Shown: one piece after another, positions 48,524 to 58,191 of the stretch
Layout of the letters: each line of letters starts with the position of its first letter
Numbering within the stretch: position 1 is the stretch's first letter
NCBI GenBank assembly: GCA_963625655.1
Contig: CAVFTS010000005.1
Location: forward strand, 1,025 to 65,024
Direction: 5' to 3'
DNA from: Oscillospiraceae bacterium
GTDB taxonomy: Bacteria > Bacillota > Clostridia > Oscillospirales > Oscillospiraceae
DNA length: 64,000 bases
Notes under the pieces: model-generated
The model's database searches: none
Seen by the model: the letters and a program-made list of their open reading frames with translations, nothing else
Told to the model about the DNA's origin: nothing
Program-made: the position numbers and the translations under genes

Positions 48524-48886
48524 ATGGGCGACAATTACATTAGCTGCAAAGAGGCAAACGGCAGCATAAATATTTCCGAAGACGTTATTTCAACCATGGT
48601 CAGATCCTCTATCGAGGAGATCGACGGCGTTGCCGGTCTGTCAAACACCGTCGGTGCGGAGCTTGCCGAAATGATCGGCATCAAGTCTCTGTCCAAGGGC
48701 GTCAAGGTTCAGATAGTTGACGATACCATTAAGGTCGATGCTGTCATCCTCGTTCGCTACGGCTGCAACATCGTCAGTGTTGCAAAGGGCGTACAGAACT
48801 CCGTGTCCGAAGCGGTCAGGGCTATAACCGGCATCGACAAAACTGAAGTCAACGTCCACGTTTCCGGCGTTGTATTTGAAAAATAA
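48524..48886 (+). CDS. Asp23/Gls24 family envelope stress protein
   Basis: It has I.ISEDVISTMVRSSIEEIDGVAG and VKV...D..I.VD..I.V.YG. The position before nusB matches yqhY in Bacillus. Confidence 0.85.
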   Translation: MGDNYISCKEANGSINISEDVISTMVRSSIEEIDGVAGLSNTVGAELAEMIGIKSLSKGVKVQIVDDTIKVDAVILVRYGCNIVSVAKGVQNSVSEAVRAITGIDKTEVNVHVSGVVFEK

Positions 48887-48903
48887 GTTTGCGGGAGGCA
48901 CTT

Positions 48904-49383
48904 ATGAAACGGACTACTGCCAGAGAGATAGCAGTACAGCTTGCCTTTGCCGCCGCAGCAACGGATACGTCTGCGCTTCAGGCTGCCGAGGAGCTTTTTG
49001 ACATGGATTACTATGAGCAGCTTGCTTCCGAAAGCGAGCTCTACAGTGAGTATCCCGATGAAAAACAGAAGGAGTACATACTTCGGCTCACCGAGCTGCT
49101 GGACGAATACCGTATACAGATCAATAAGTACATTGAGATGTACGCAAAAGGCTGGAAGCTTCCGCGCATATCCAAAACGGCTATGGCGGTGCTGCGCTGC
49201 GCCATATGCGAGATCATGTATATGGACGAGATACCCAACGGCGTCGCCATCAACGAAGCGGTCGAGCTTTCCAAGGGCTATGACGAGCCGGAAACCGTTG
49301 CCTTCGTAAACGGCGTTCTCGGCGGTTTCATGCGCGGGGAATTCGGCGAAGAAGTGGCGCCCATTGCGGAGAGCGAAGAATGA
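48904..49383 (+). CDS. nusB: Transcription antitermination factor NusB
   Basis: It has RTTAREIAVQLAF and AVLRCAICEIMYMDEIP..VAINEAVELSK. Confidence 0.9.
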   Translation: MKRTTAREIAVQLAFAAAATDTSALQAAEELFDMDYYEQLASESELYSEYPDEKQKEYILRLTELLDEYRIQINKYIEMYAKGWKLPRISKTAMAVLRCAICEIMYMDEIPNGVAINEAVELSKGYDEPETVAFVNGVLGGFMRGEFGEEVAPIAESEE

Positions 49384-50600
49384 ACGAGAACAAAGTTCTC
49401 AGCGTTACCGAGCTTAACGAGATAATCAAAAGCCTTGTTGACGCAACGCCGATCCTGAACAATGTCTGCATAAGGGGAGAGCTGTCTAACTACAAGATCT
49501 ACCCCTCCGGGCATCACTACTTCACGCTGAAGGATCAGAATTCGAGTCTCAAATGCGTCATGTTCAGAAGCAGCGCCACAAGGCTTCGCTTTCGTCCCGA
49601 AAGCGGTATGGGCGTTACCGCATTCGGTCGCATTTCGGTCTATCCGAGAGACGGAGCGTATCAGCTCTACTGCACCGATCTGCAGCCGGAGGGCATAGGC
49701 GACCTTCAGGTCGCCTACGAGCAGCTCAAGGCAAAGCTCAGCGCCGAAGGCCTGTTCGATCCCGCTCACAAGAAAAAGCTGCCGCAATTTCCAAAACGCA
49801 TTGCGATAATCACATCGTCCGCCGGCGCTGCGGTGCATGACATGATACGCATACTCGGACACCGCTGGCCGATGACCGAGGTTGTGCTTCTGCCCGTGCG
49901 TGTTCAGGGCGACGAAGCTCCGCCGGAGATTGTCGGCGCCATCAGATATGCCAACAGATATAAGGTCGCAGACCTTATAATCACCGGCAGAGGCGGCGGT
50001 TCCATCGAGGACCTTTGGGCGTTTAACGACGAGCGTGTCGCAAGAGCGATATACGACTCCGAGCTTCCCGTGATCTCCGCAGTAGGACATGAGCCGGACG
50101 TCACGATCGCCGACTACGTTGCCGATGTCAGAGCGTCAACGCCCTCAAACGCAGCGGAGCTTGCAGTTCCCGACCGTGCCGACGTCGAGGGGCTTCTGTC
50201 AAATCTTGATATACGCAGCCGTCAGGCGCTCAAAAAGCAGCTTACCCGCTGCCGCACGGAGCTGAATAATCTTAAAAGCCGTAAGGTCATGACCGACCCG
50301 ATGGCATACGTTGACGCCAAGCGCATGGAGCTTGACTACATCCGTGACCGCCTTGCCGCCGCTGCCGACGGGGTCACAAAGCTTAAGCGCAACGATTTTG
50401 TGCGCCTTGCCGCCGCACTGGATGCGATGAGCCCGCTCAAGGTGCTCGGCAGAGGGTATTGCATTGCCGCAAACGAGAAAAGCGGGGAGCTTATCCGCAG
50501 CATAAACGATGTTGAAATAAACGGCAGAGTTGATCTCTGCGTAAACGACGGCACCGTAAAGTGCCGGGTCGAGGAAACGGAGGCACACGGTAATGGATAA
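49380..50600 (+). CDS. xseA: Exodeoxyribonuclease VII large subunit
   Basis: It has LSVTELN..IK, the OB fold GELSN.K.YPSGHHYFTLKD, GRGGGS.EDLW.FN, and GHE.D. Confidence 0.94.
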   Translation: MNENKVLSVTELNEIIKSLVDATPILNNVCIRGELSNYKIYPSGHHYFTLKDQNSSLKCVMFRSSATRLRFRPESGMGVTAFGRISVYPRDGAYQLYCTDLQPEGIGDLQVAYEQLKAKLSAEGLFDPAHKKKLPQFPKRIAIITSSAGAAVHDMIRILGHRWPMTEVVLLPVRVQGDEAPPEIVGAIRYANRYKVADLIITGRGGGSIEDLWAFNDERVARAIYDSELPVISAVGHEPDVTIADYVADVRASTPSNAAELAVPDRADVEGLLSNLDIRSRQALKKQLTRCRTELNNLKSRKVMTDPMAYVDAKRMELDYIRDRLAAAADGVTKLKRNDFVRLAAALDAMSPLKVLGRGYCIAANEKSGELIRSINDVEINGRVDLCVNDGTVKCRVEETEAHGNG

Positions 50601-50826
50601 GAAAAGGCCCGATTTTGAGCAGTCGATAACGAGACTCGGAGAGATCGTAAAGCATCTCGAAAAGGGCGATGCAAAGCTCAGCGACTCTCTCAGCCTTTTT
50701 GAGGAGGGTACCTCACTCATTGCAAACTGTGAGGCTCTGCTTTCCGATGCGGAGCAAAAGGTCGTGAAGCTCAAGAAAGGTTCGGACGGTGAGCCTGTGG
50801 AGCTTCCGTTTGAAAGCAATGAATGA
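50593..50826 (+). CDS. xseB: Exodeoxyribonuclease VII small subunit
   Basis: The 77-aa product has FE.S...L..IV..LE.GD..L..SL..FEEG. It overlaps xseA by 8 nt. Confidence 0.92.
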   Translation: MDKKRPDFEQSITRLGEIVKHLEKGDAKLSDSLSLFEEGTSLIANCEALLSDAEQKVVKLKKGSDGEPVELPFESNE

Positions 50827-51703
50827 TATGAAAAAGTACACTTCGGATGAATACAAAAGCATGGTGGAGGCAGAGCTTCGTAAAAGTTTCCTGCCCAAGG
50901 GCGTCGGATATGACGGTCTGCTTTCCGCCATGGATTACAGCCTCAACGCAGGCGGCAAGCGCATAAGACCCATCCTGCTTTTGGAGTTCTGCCGCATTGC
51001 GGGAGGGGACGTGAGCAAGGCTCTCCCCGTTGCCTGTGCGGTCGAAATGCTGCACACCTACAGCCTCATTCACGACGATCTGCCGTGTATGGATAACGAT
51101 GATCTGAGGCGAGGAAAGCCGACGAACCACGTTGTGTACGGTGAATGTACGGCGGTCCTTGCGGGCGACGCTTTGCAGGCTGCGGCGTTTTCAACGATAC
51201 TTTCTGCCGATTTGCCCGGCGATGCAAGGGCGGACTGCGCCGCCATTCTTGCGAATGCAGTCGGAGCGGATGGTATGTGCGGCGGTCAGTTCCTCGATAT
51301 GCTCGGCGAAAAGAAGCGTCTTGACGTGGCTGCGCTCAATGAGATAAACAAGGGCAAGACCGTTGCTTTGATATCGGCAGCCTGTAAAATGGGCGTGTCG
51401 GCGGCGGGCGGCTCGCCTGAGCTTTCGGACGCTGCTGCTCGTTTCGGTGAAGCGCTCGGCTACGCATTCCAAATAAGAGACGATATGTTGGATGTAATAA
51501 GCACCGCCGAGCTTCTCGGAAAGCCGATAGGCTCCGACGAGGCCGAGGAGAAATCGACGTACATGACTGCCTGCGGCAGGGAGGAGTGCGAGCGTCTCGT
51601 GCATTCCCTTACCGATGAAGCGAAATCGGCAGTCAAGGCTTCCTTTGAGGATCATGATTTTCTTTGCAATCTTGCCGATTCTCTCGTTGACCGTCTCAAC
51701 TGA
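50819..51703 (+). CDS. ispA: Polyprenyl (farnesyl/geranylgeranyl) diphosphate synthase
   Basis: Its first Asp-rich motif is LIHDDLPCMDNDDLRRG and its second is FQIRDDMLD. Confidence 0.92.
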   Translation: MNDMKKYTSDEYKSMVEAELRKSFLPKGVGYDGLLSAMDYSLNAGGKRIRPILLLEFCRIAGGDVSKALPVACAVEMLHTYSLIHDDLPCMDNDDLRRGKPTNHVVYGECTAVLAGDALQAAAFSTILSADLPGDARADCAAILANAVGADGMCGGQFLDMLGEKKRLDVAALNEINKGKTVALISAACKMGVSAAGGSPELSDAAARFGEALGYAFQIRDDMLDVISTAELLGKPIGSDEAEEKSTYMTACGREECERLVHSLTDEAKSAVKASFEDHDFLCNLADSLVDRLN

Positions 51704-51717
51704 ATTTTATTTTTATT

Positions 51718-51755
51718 AAACGCAGTGAATAAACTATTGTATTATTCGCTGCGTT
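51718..51755 (+). terminator. Terminator hairpin after ispA
   Basis: A 13-bp stem AACGCAGTGAATA/TATTCGCTGCGTT with one mismatch and an 8-nt loop, followed by TTTGC. Confidence 0.55.
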
Positions 51756-51782
51756 TTGCTATTATATATTCAATAACTATAA
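51755..51782 (+). promoter_or_regulatory. Candidate sigma-A promoter for dxs
   Basis: TTGCTA, a 16-nt spacer, then TATAAT (51777-51782). Confidence 0.5.
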
Positions 51783-51815
51783 TGGCTTTTTATGCGAATA
51801 TACAGAATTCGAGGC

Positions 51816-53666
51816 ATGGAATTGGATATTTTGAATAAAATCAATTCATCGGACGACATAAAGAGGCTCGACCAAAGCGAGCTTGAGCCTCTGTGCGACG
51901 AATTGAGAAGATATATAATTAAAAACGTTTCGCAGACCGGAGGGCATCTTGCGTCCAATCTCGGCAGCGTGGAGCTTACCGTTGCGCTCCACCGTGTTTA
52001 CGACAGCAGCAGAGATCGCATCGTGTTTGATGTCGGTCATCAGAGCTACTCACACAAGATCATAACCGGTAGGAGGGATATGTTCCACACGCTCCGCTGT
52101 CATGGCGGCATATCCGGCTTTCCCAAGCCCCACGAGGCTGATGATGACGCTTTTGTGGCGGGTCACGCTTCGGACTCGGTGTCGGTCGCTTTGGGCATGG
52201 CGCACGCAAGAACGCTAAAAAAGCAGAATTACGACGTTGTTGCCGTGATAGGTGACGGCGCTCTGACGGGCGGTCTTGCATATGAGGGACTTTCAAATCT
52301 CGGCGGCGGGAGCGAACCCATGGTCGTCATACTGAACGACAACGGCATGTCTATAAACGGCAACGTCGGCGGTATGGCACGGTTGCTGTCGGAGGAAAGG
52401 GTGAAGCCGGGATACATAAATTTCAAGCGTTGGTACCGCAATGCTTTCGGTGCTGTACCCGCTCTTTACGATGCAAACCACAAGCTCAAGGAAGCGCTCA
52501 AGCGCCGTATCCTGCCGACGAATGTTTTCGACGCCATGGGTATTTATTACCTCGGCCCCGTTGACGGTCACGATGTTGCGCAGCTTGAAACCGTTATCCG
52601 CTGGGCAAGAGATATGCGCATCCCCGTGCTGGTTCACGCCATAACTCAAAAAGGCAGAGGCTACAAATTTGCCGTGGAACACCCTGAGCGCTACCACGGT
52701 GTCAGCAAGTTTGATTATCTCACGGGTGAGCTGCCGCAGGAGAAAAGGTGCTTTTCCACGGTTTTCGGTACCGCAATGTGCAGACTTGCGGAAGCTAACC
52801 CCGACATCGTTGCAATCACGGCGGCTATGAGTGCCGGAACGGGACTTGACGCCTTTTCGCACAAATTCCCCGACAGATTCTTTGACGTCGGCATTGCGGA
52901 GGAACATGCCGTTTCAATGGCGGCAGGCATGGCAAAGCAGGGGCTTGTACCTGTCTTTGCGGTGTATTCAAGCTTCCTTCAGCGTGCTTACGATATGCTG
53001 ATACACGACATTTCGCTGCTCGACCTTCACGTTGTGTTCTGTGTAGACAGGGCAGGAATTGTCGGAAACGACGGCGAAACGCATCACGGCGTTTTTGATG
53101 TAAGCTATCTTTCGTCCGTTCCGGGCATGAAGATACTTTGCCCGTCGAGCTATGCCGAGCTTGAGCTTATGCTTGACGAGGCGATAAACAAGATGAGCGG
53201 TCCCATTGCCATACGCTATCCGAGAGGCGGTGAGGGCGAATATTCCGACTGTCTCGGTCTCAAAACCTCGCTTGTGCGCTGCGGCGACAAGCTCACGCTC
53301 GTTGCCTACGGTACGATGATAAACACCGCTCTCAAGGTATACGATATGCTTTCCGCTCAGGGTATCGAGTGCGACGTAGTAAAGATTGCTTCACTCAAGC
53401 CGCTCGACGCCGACTGCGTTATTGAGTCGCTGAAGAAAACGGGCAGACTTCTCGTCTGTGAGGACGTATGCACCGAGGGCAGCATAGGGACGAAGCTTCT
53501 TGCGCTTTCTGCGGAAGCGGGAGTGAAGCTCTCGGCATTTTCGCTCAACGACCTCGGCGAGGGCATCGTAGCTCACGGCTCGGTGTCGGAACTGATGCGT
53601 GACTGCGGTCTCGACGCTGACAGCCTTTGCGCTGCTGCGCTCAAACTTGTGAGGGATAAGCAATGA
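51816..53666 (+). CDS. dxs: 1-deoxy-D-xylulose-5-phosphate synthase
   Basis: It has GGHL.SNLG.VELT.ALH, DVGHQSY.HK, the GDGALTGG thiamine-PP motif, and IAEEHAV. Confidence 0.96.
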   Translation: MELDILNKINSSDDIKRLDQSELEPLCDELRRYIIKNVSQTGGHLASNLGSVELTVALHRVYDSSRDRIVFDVGHQSYSHKIITGRRDMFHTLRCHGGISGFPKPHEADDDAFVAGHASDSVSVALGMAHARTLKKQNYDVVAVIGDGALTGGLAYEGLSNLGGGSEPMVVILNDNGMSINGNVGGMARLLSEERVKPGYINFKRWYRNAFGAVPALYDANHKLKEALKRRILPTNVFDAMGIYYLGPVDGHDVAQLETVIRWARDMRIPVLVHAITQKGRGYKFAVEHPERYHGVSKFDYLTGELPQEKRCFSTVFGTAMCRLAEANPDIVAITAAMSAGTGLDAFSHKFPDRFFDVGIAEEHAVSMAAGMAKQGLVPVFAVYSSFLQRAYDMLIHDISLLDLHVVFCVDRAGIVGNDGETHHGVFDVSYLSSVPGMKILCPSSYAELELMLDEAINKMSGPIAIRYPRGGEGEYSDCLGLKTSLVRCGDKLTLVAYGTMINTALKVYDMLSAQGIECDVVKIASLKPLDADCVIESLKKTGRLLVCEDVCTEGSIGTKLLALSAEAGVKLSAFSLNDLGEGIVAHGSVSELMRDCGLDADSLCAAALKLVRDKQ

Positions 53667-54457
53667 AAAAAGTACGTTTGGATCAGCTTGTCTTTGACCT
53701 CGGTCTCACAGAGAGCAGGGAGCGGGCGAAAACGACCGTGATGAGCGGACTCGTGTTTGTTGACGGCAAGCGCATCGACAAGCCAGGCACTCAGGTTTCT
53801 CCCGATTCAAAAATCGAGGTCAAGGGTTCTGCGATACCCTACGTCAGCAGAGGCGGTCTGAAGCTCGAAAAGGCGCTCAAGGTCTTTCATATCGACCCTA
53901 CCGGCATGCACTGTATAGACTGCGGTGCATCGACCGGCGGGTTTACGGATGTCTTGCTCAAAAACGGCGCCGAGAAGGTCTTTGCCGTCGATGTTGGCTA
54001 CGGTCAGCTTGCGTGGTCGCTTAGGCAGGATGAGCGTGTCATCAATATGGAGCGCACCAACATTCGCCACATAAGCCCGGATCAGATAGCCGAAGCGCTT
54101 GATCTTGCCGTTGCGGATCTTTCCTTTATTTCCCTCAAGCTCGTTCTTCCGGCGATAAGCTCCGTTTTGAAGGACGAGGGTGAGCTTGTGTGTCTCATAA
54201 AGCCCCAGTTTGAAGCGGGGAAGGACGAGGTCGGCAAAAAGGGTGTAGTCCGTGACGAGGGCGTACACCTTGCTGTCATCGAGAGCATACTTGATTTTGT
54301 GCCGACAATCGGCATGACCGTTCTCGGTCTGGACTATTCTCCGATAAAGGGTCCTGAGGGCAACATAGAATATCTTTGTTATATGAAGAAAGGCGGCGGG
54401 GAAGCCCCCGACATTGATGCCGCCGGAATTGTGGAGGCGTCGCATGAATTGCTGTGA
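53663..54457 (+). CDS. tlyA: TlyA family rRNA (cytidine-2'-O)-methyltransferase
   Basis: It has an S4-like N-terminus (RLDQLV...GL..SRE.A), YVSRGG.KLE.AL, and the SAM site DCGASTGGFTD. Confidence 0.92.
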   Translation: MKKVRLDQLVFDLGLTESRERAKTTVMSGLVFVDGKRIDKPGTQVSPDSKIEVKGSAIPYVSRGGLKLEKALKVFHIDPTGMHCIDCGASTGGFTDVLLKNGAEKVFAVDVGYGQLAWSLRQDERVINMERTNIRHISPDQIAEALDLAVADLSFISLKLVLPAISSVLKDEGELVCLIKPQFEAGKDEVGKKGVVRDEGVHLAVIESILDFVPTIGMTVLGLDYSPIKGPEGNIEYLCYMKKGGGEAPDIDAAGIVEASHELL

Positions 54458-55337
54458 TGAGGTTGACAATTCTTCAAATACCGTTGTTTTGTGTCCGAAC
54501 CCGTTTCGTGACACAAAGCTTGAGCTTACCGAAATGGCTCGTGACATTCTCCTGAGCGAAGGCTTTGAAACGGCTATATGCCCGGTGTTCGGCAGAGATG
54601 AGAAAAGCGTCATTCCGCCGGAGCTTGAAATCATCGACTGGGGTAAAGCCGCCCGTTGTGCCGCCATGTTCATCGTCATCGGCGGTGACGGCACCGTGCT
54701 TCAGACCGCACGTCACATAGGTCACTGCGACAAGCCGATACTCGGCATAAACCTCGGCACCAAGGGCTTTATGTCGGAGCTAGAACCGGATGAGGTCGAG
54801 TTGGTCGTCAATGCGGCACGGGGCGAATATGTCGAGAGCCGACGCATGATGCTTGACGCAAGGATCATGCGAAACGGCGAATGCGTCTTTTCGGACAGCG
54901 GGCTTAACGATGCGGTCATTCACGGGATGGGCGATTGCATAAAGCTCACCGCATGGTGTGACAGCGACAAGGTGATGAGCTATTCCGGCGACGGTATAAT
55001 CATTGCAACGCCGACGGGTTCCACCGGCTACTCAATGTCTGCCGGAGGTCCCATCGTCGAGCCTGAGGCGAAGAACTTTATCCTCTCACCGATATGCGCT
55101 CATGTCATGGGGGCAAAGAACTTCGTTCTCGGTCCCGATCGGCGCATAACCGTTAAAACCGAAAAGCTGCACGACCGCCGTGCCTTCATCTCCGTTGACG
55201 GGACTAAGGGCATTGAGCTTATGAATAACGACATTTTGGAAGTACGGCAATCCGAAAAGACCGTAAATCTCGTACATTTCGGCACAAAAAGCTTTTACGA
55301 TTCCACCTTTGATAAGCTTCTCTATAAAAATAATTAG
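54444..55337 (+). CDS. nadK: NAD kinase
   Basis: It has GGDGTVL, NLG..GF and PTGSTGYS.SAGGP. The start is uncertain (54414 or 54444). Confidence 0.92.
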   Translation: MNCCDEVDNSSNTVVLCPNPFRDTKLELTEMARDILLSEGFETAICPVFGRDEKSVIPPELEIIDWGKAARCAAMFIVIGGDGTVLQTARHIGHCDKPILGINLGTKGFMSELEPDEVELVVNAARGEYVESRRMMLDARIMRNGECVFSDSGLNDAVIHGMGDCIKLTAWCDSDKVMSYSGDGIIIATPTGSTGYSMSAGGPIVEPEAKNFILSPICAHVMGAKNFVLGPDRRITVKTEKLHDRRAFISVDGTKGIELMNNDILEVRQSEKTVNLVHFGTKSFYDSTFDKLLYKNN

Positions 55338-55348
55338 GAGTGCGGACA

Positions 55349-55798
55349 ATGAAAACAGCCAGGCAAAACGTTATACTTCAAATAATCTCGGAGAATGACA
55401 TAGAAACGCAGGGGCAGCTTATCGAGGCGCTCGCGGAGAAGGGAATAGCAAGCACTCAGGCAACGCTTTCGAGAGACATTAAGGATCTCCAGCTCGTCAA
55501 GGAGCTTGGAGAAAACGGCAAATACCATTATGTCGTAAACGGCAAAAGCAAAAGCACAGATCATGAGCTTCGGCTTCGCAAGATCTTCCGTGAGAGCGTG
55601 ACCGCATATTCGGTGGCGCAGAATATAATCGTTATCAAAACGTTACCGGGGCTGGCATCTGCCGCCTGTTCGACGCTTGATGCGATGTACATAGACAATC
55701 TTGTCGGCACCCTTGCGGGCGACGACACCGCATTTCTTGCGATGAAGGACAATCAGTCGGCAAGCAATTTTTGCCATGAGATAGAAAAAATGTTCTGA
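55349..55798 (+). CDS. argR: Arginine repressor
   Basis: It has a winged-helix N-terminus (R...I..II.....IETQ..L...L...GI..TQAT.SRDI..L.LVK) and the C-terminal GT.AGDDT. The start is ATG 55349 with an AGGAG SD. Confidence 0.92.
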   Translation: MKTARQNVILQIISENDIETQGQLIEALAEKGIASTQATLSRDIKDLQLVKELGENGKYHYVVNGKSKSTDHELRLRKIFRESVTAYSVAQNIIVIKTLPGLASAACSTLDAMYIDNLVGTLAGDDTAFLAMKDNQSASNFCHEIEKMF

Positions 55799-55813
55799 TA
55801 AAGAGGTTTTCAC

Positions 55814-57499
55814 ATGCTGACGGAGCTGCATATCGAAAACATTGCCGTTATCGAAAAAGCCGATATCGAATTTCAAAAAGGGCTTACCGTACTCACGGGT
55901 GAGACCGGCGCAGGCAAGTCAATAATCGTTGACTCCCTCGGTGCCGTTCTCGGCGCAAGGACAAGCAGAGAGCTTATCCGCACCGGAGCGGACAAGGGCG
56001 TCGTTTCCGCAGTCTTTGAGACCGACGCCGCAGACAAGTGGTTTGAGGTTAACGATATTGAGCGTGACGGTGAAATAATTATACAGCGCAGGATCGGTGC
56101 AGACGGCAGAAGCAGCTGCCGTGTGTGCGGTGTCCCCGTGTCTGCCACACAGCTGCGTGAGCTTGGTGCATATCTGCTCGACATTCACGGGCAGAACGAC
56201 GGCAGACAGCTCATGGATGAGGAGCGTCATCTCTCTTATCTTGATGCTTTTGCGGAGGACGAGTCGGAGCTCACGGAGTTTGCGAAGAATTACGGTGAAT
56301 ACCTGACCTGCAAAAAGGAGATAAAGCGCCTGTCGATGGACGAGCTTTCAAAGCAGCGCTTGGCCGACGATTTAAGCTACAGGATTGAGGAGCTGGAAAA
56401 CGCAGGTCTTCGCATCGGCGAGGAGGACGAGCTTTCCGCCAGACGTGATCTTCTGGCCAACTCCGAAAAGCTCACCGAGGCGCTCGATGCTGCGTACTCC
56501 TTGCTCTACGATGCCGACGAAAATGCGGTCAGCATGGTAGACTCGGCAGCGTCGCTTATCGTCAAGGCATCGGCAATGAGCGAAGATTTTAATGAAACCG
56601 CCGAGAATCTCAAAAACGCATCGTCTCTTTTGTACGACGCTGCGGAGAGAATACGGGATTTCAGATACACCCTTGACTTTTCGCCTGAGGAGTACGATGC
56701 TTTGGAAACAAGGCTCTCACTCCTGCGGAAGCTTCGCCGTAAGTATAACATGGATGAAGCCGAGCTTCTTAAGCATCTTGACAACTGCCGTCAAAAGCTT
56801 TCGGAGCTTGAGTATGCCGACGATATGCTCATAAAGCTGCAAAAAAAGCTTCAGGGCATCACCCAAAGCTGCCGAAGTGCGGCGGATGTTCTGAGCGCAA
56901 AGCGTATTGAAGCCGCCCGCTCTCTTGAGACCCGTATTTCCGCCGAGCTTCGTGACCTCAGTATGCCGTCCGTCAGATTCTCGGTTGAGATAAGCCCCAT
57001 CGGTTCCGAGGTCGGATTTGACGCAAGCGGCGCCGATACGGTCAGATTCCTCATATCCGCAAATGCGGGCGAGGCTTTGGCTCCCATAAGCAAGATCGCC
57101 TCCGGCGGTGAGCTTAGTCGAATAATGCTTGCTCTGAAAACCGTGTTCTCCGCAAATGATCCCGTCGATGCAATGGTCTTTGACGAGATCGACACGGGCG
57201 TATCCGGCATTGCGGCACAGCGTGTCGGCGAAAAGCTTTCGGATATTTCGCGAGGCAAGCAGGTGCTTTGCATTACGCATCTGCCGCAAATTGCCGCAAT
57301 TGCGGACAATCACGAGCTTATCGTTAAGACCGAGCGCAACGGCAGGACGTACACTGAGGTTCATCCGCTCGACAGAGCGGGGAGGCGTCGAGAGCTTGCC
57401 CGTATGCACGGCGGTGATAATATCACCGAGCTGACTCTCGCAAGCGCAGAGGAGCAGCTTTCCGCTGCCGATAAATATAAGTTGACAAAAAGACTTTGA
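55814..57499 (+). CDS. recN: DNA repair protein RecN
   Basis: It has L.ELHIENIAVIEKADIEF..GLTVLTGETGAGKSI, a long coiled coil, and the C-terminal SGGELSR and FDEID.G. Confidence 0.96.
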   Translation: MLTELHIENIAVIEKADIEFQKGLTVLTGETGAGKSIIVDSLGAVLGARTSRELIRTGADKGVVSAVFETDAADKWFEVNDIERDGEIIIQRRIGADGRSSCRVCGVPVSATQLRELGAYLLDIHGQNDGRQLMDEERHLSYLDAFAEDESELTEFAKNYGEYLTCKKEIKRLSMDELSKQRLADDLSYRIEELENAGLRIGEEDELSARRDLLANSEKLTEALDAAYSLLYDADENAVSMVDSAASLIVKASAMSEDFNETAENLKNASSLLYDAAERIRDFRYTLDFSPEEYDALETRLSLLRKLRRKYNMDEAELLKHLDNCRQKLSELEYADDMLIKLQKKLQGITQSCRSAADVLSAKRIEAARSLETRISAELRDLSMPSVRFSVEISPIGSEVGFDASGADTVRFLISANAGEALAPISKIASGGELSRIMLALKTVFSANDPVDAMVFDEIDTGVSGIAAQRVGEKLSDISRGKQVLCITHLPQIAAIADNHELIVKTERNGRTYTEVHPLDRAGRRRELARMHGGDNITELTLASAEEQLSAADKYKLTKRL

Positions 57500-57510
57500 T
57501 TTTGTATAAT
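57482..57510 (+). promoter_or_regulatory. Consensus sigma-A promoter for the T-box/tyrS operon (inside the recN 3' end)
   Basis: TTGACA (57482-57487), a 17-nt spacer, then TATAAT (57505-57510). Confidence 0.7.
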
Positions 57511-57516
57511 CACGTG

Positions 57517-57775
57517 GTAAACGCAACGAAGCGCAGAAGTAAGAGCTTGCCGTCTGCACAGAGAGACCCTGTTTGCTGAAAAGGGGAGAGAGGCAGCTTC
57601 CGAATACGGCGCCGAGCGGCAGACCGAAATTACAGTAGGCTCTGACGGGTGCGCCCGATACTGCGCAGAAGTCTCAGACTTCGTGAGTCCGGCACTGCGA
57701 GGTGACGGTGACCCAGAGGTGGTACAGCGTAAATAACGCCCTCTGTCCGAAAGGACAGGGGGCTTATCATTTTTA
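57517..57775 (+). promoter_or_regulatory. T-box riboswitch leader with a tyrosine (UAC) specifier
   Basis: Stem I has an AG bulge AGAGAGA (57560-57566) and distal-loop GCUGAAAA. The specifier context is GAAUACG, with UAC at 57605-57607. The T-box sequence is CAGAGGUGGUACAGCG (57714-57729). A terminator CCCTCTGTCC-GAAA-GGACAGGGGG plus a T-run follows at 57739-57775. Confidence 0.85.
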
Positions 57776-57788
57776 AGGAGCGATAAAA

Positions 57789-58190
57789 ATGAGCAACATT
57801 AAAGAGAAAGCACTTGAATATCACATGGCAGGCTTTAACTGCGCTCAGTCCGTTTTGGCTGCCTGCAAGGAGTATACGGGTCTTGACGATTCTGCGGCGC
57901 TCGCCATATCCGCCGGCTTTGGCGGGGGACTTCGCAGCGGCGAGATATGCGGAGCAATATCGGGTGCGGTCATGGCGCTCGGCCTTGCCTGCCCGTTCAA
58001 CGAAGCGGACAACGCCGAAGCAAAGGTCAAAATTGCGGAGCTTGCAAAAAGCTGCGTTTCGTCCTGCAAAGAGGAATACGACTATATACGTTGCCTCGAT
58101 CTCAAGCGCAACGGCATAAGCTGCAATGAGCTGATCGGCAAAATGGCAGAGATTGCGGAAGACATGATAATTAAGGCAAAGGAGAACTAA
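57789..58190 (+). CDS. C_GCAxxG_C_C family putative redox-active protein
   Basis: The 133-aa product has [12 protein letters not shown]...[15 protein letters not shown], and spaced C-terminal Cys residues (CVSSC...C...C). Confidence 0.75.
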   Translation: MSNIKEKALEYHMAGFNCAQSVLAACKEYTGLDDSAALAISAGFGGGLRSGEICGAISGAVMALGLACPFNEADNAEAKVKIAELAKSCVSSCKEEYDYIRCLDLKRNGISCNELIGKMAEIAEDMIIKAKEN

Positions 58191-58191
58191 A

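Noticed and set aside
57630-57824. A 64-aa minus-strand ORF lies within the tyrS leader region.
   Set aside because: It is antisense to a T-box leader whose conserved elements are all present. It has no SD and its composition looks random.
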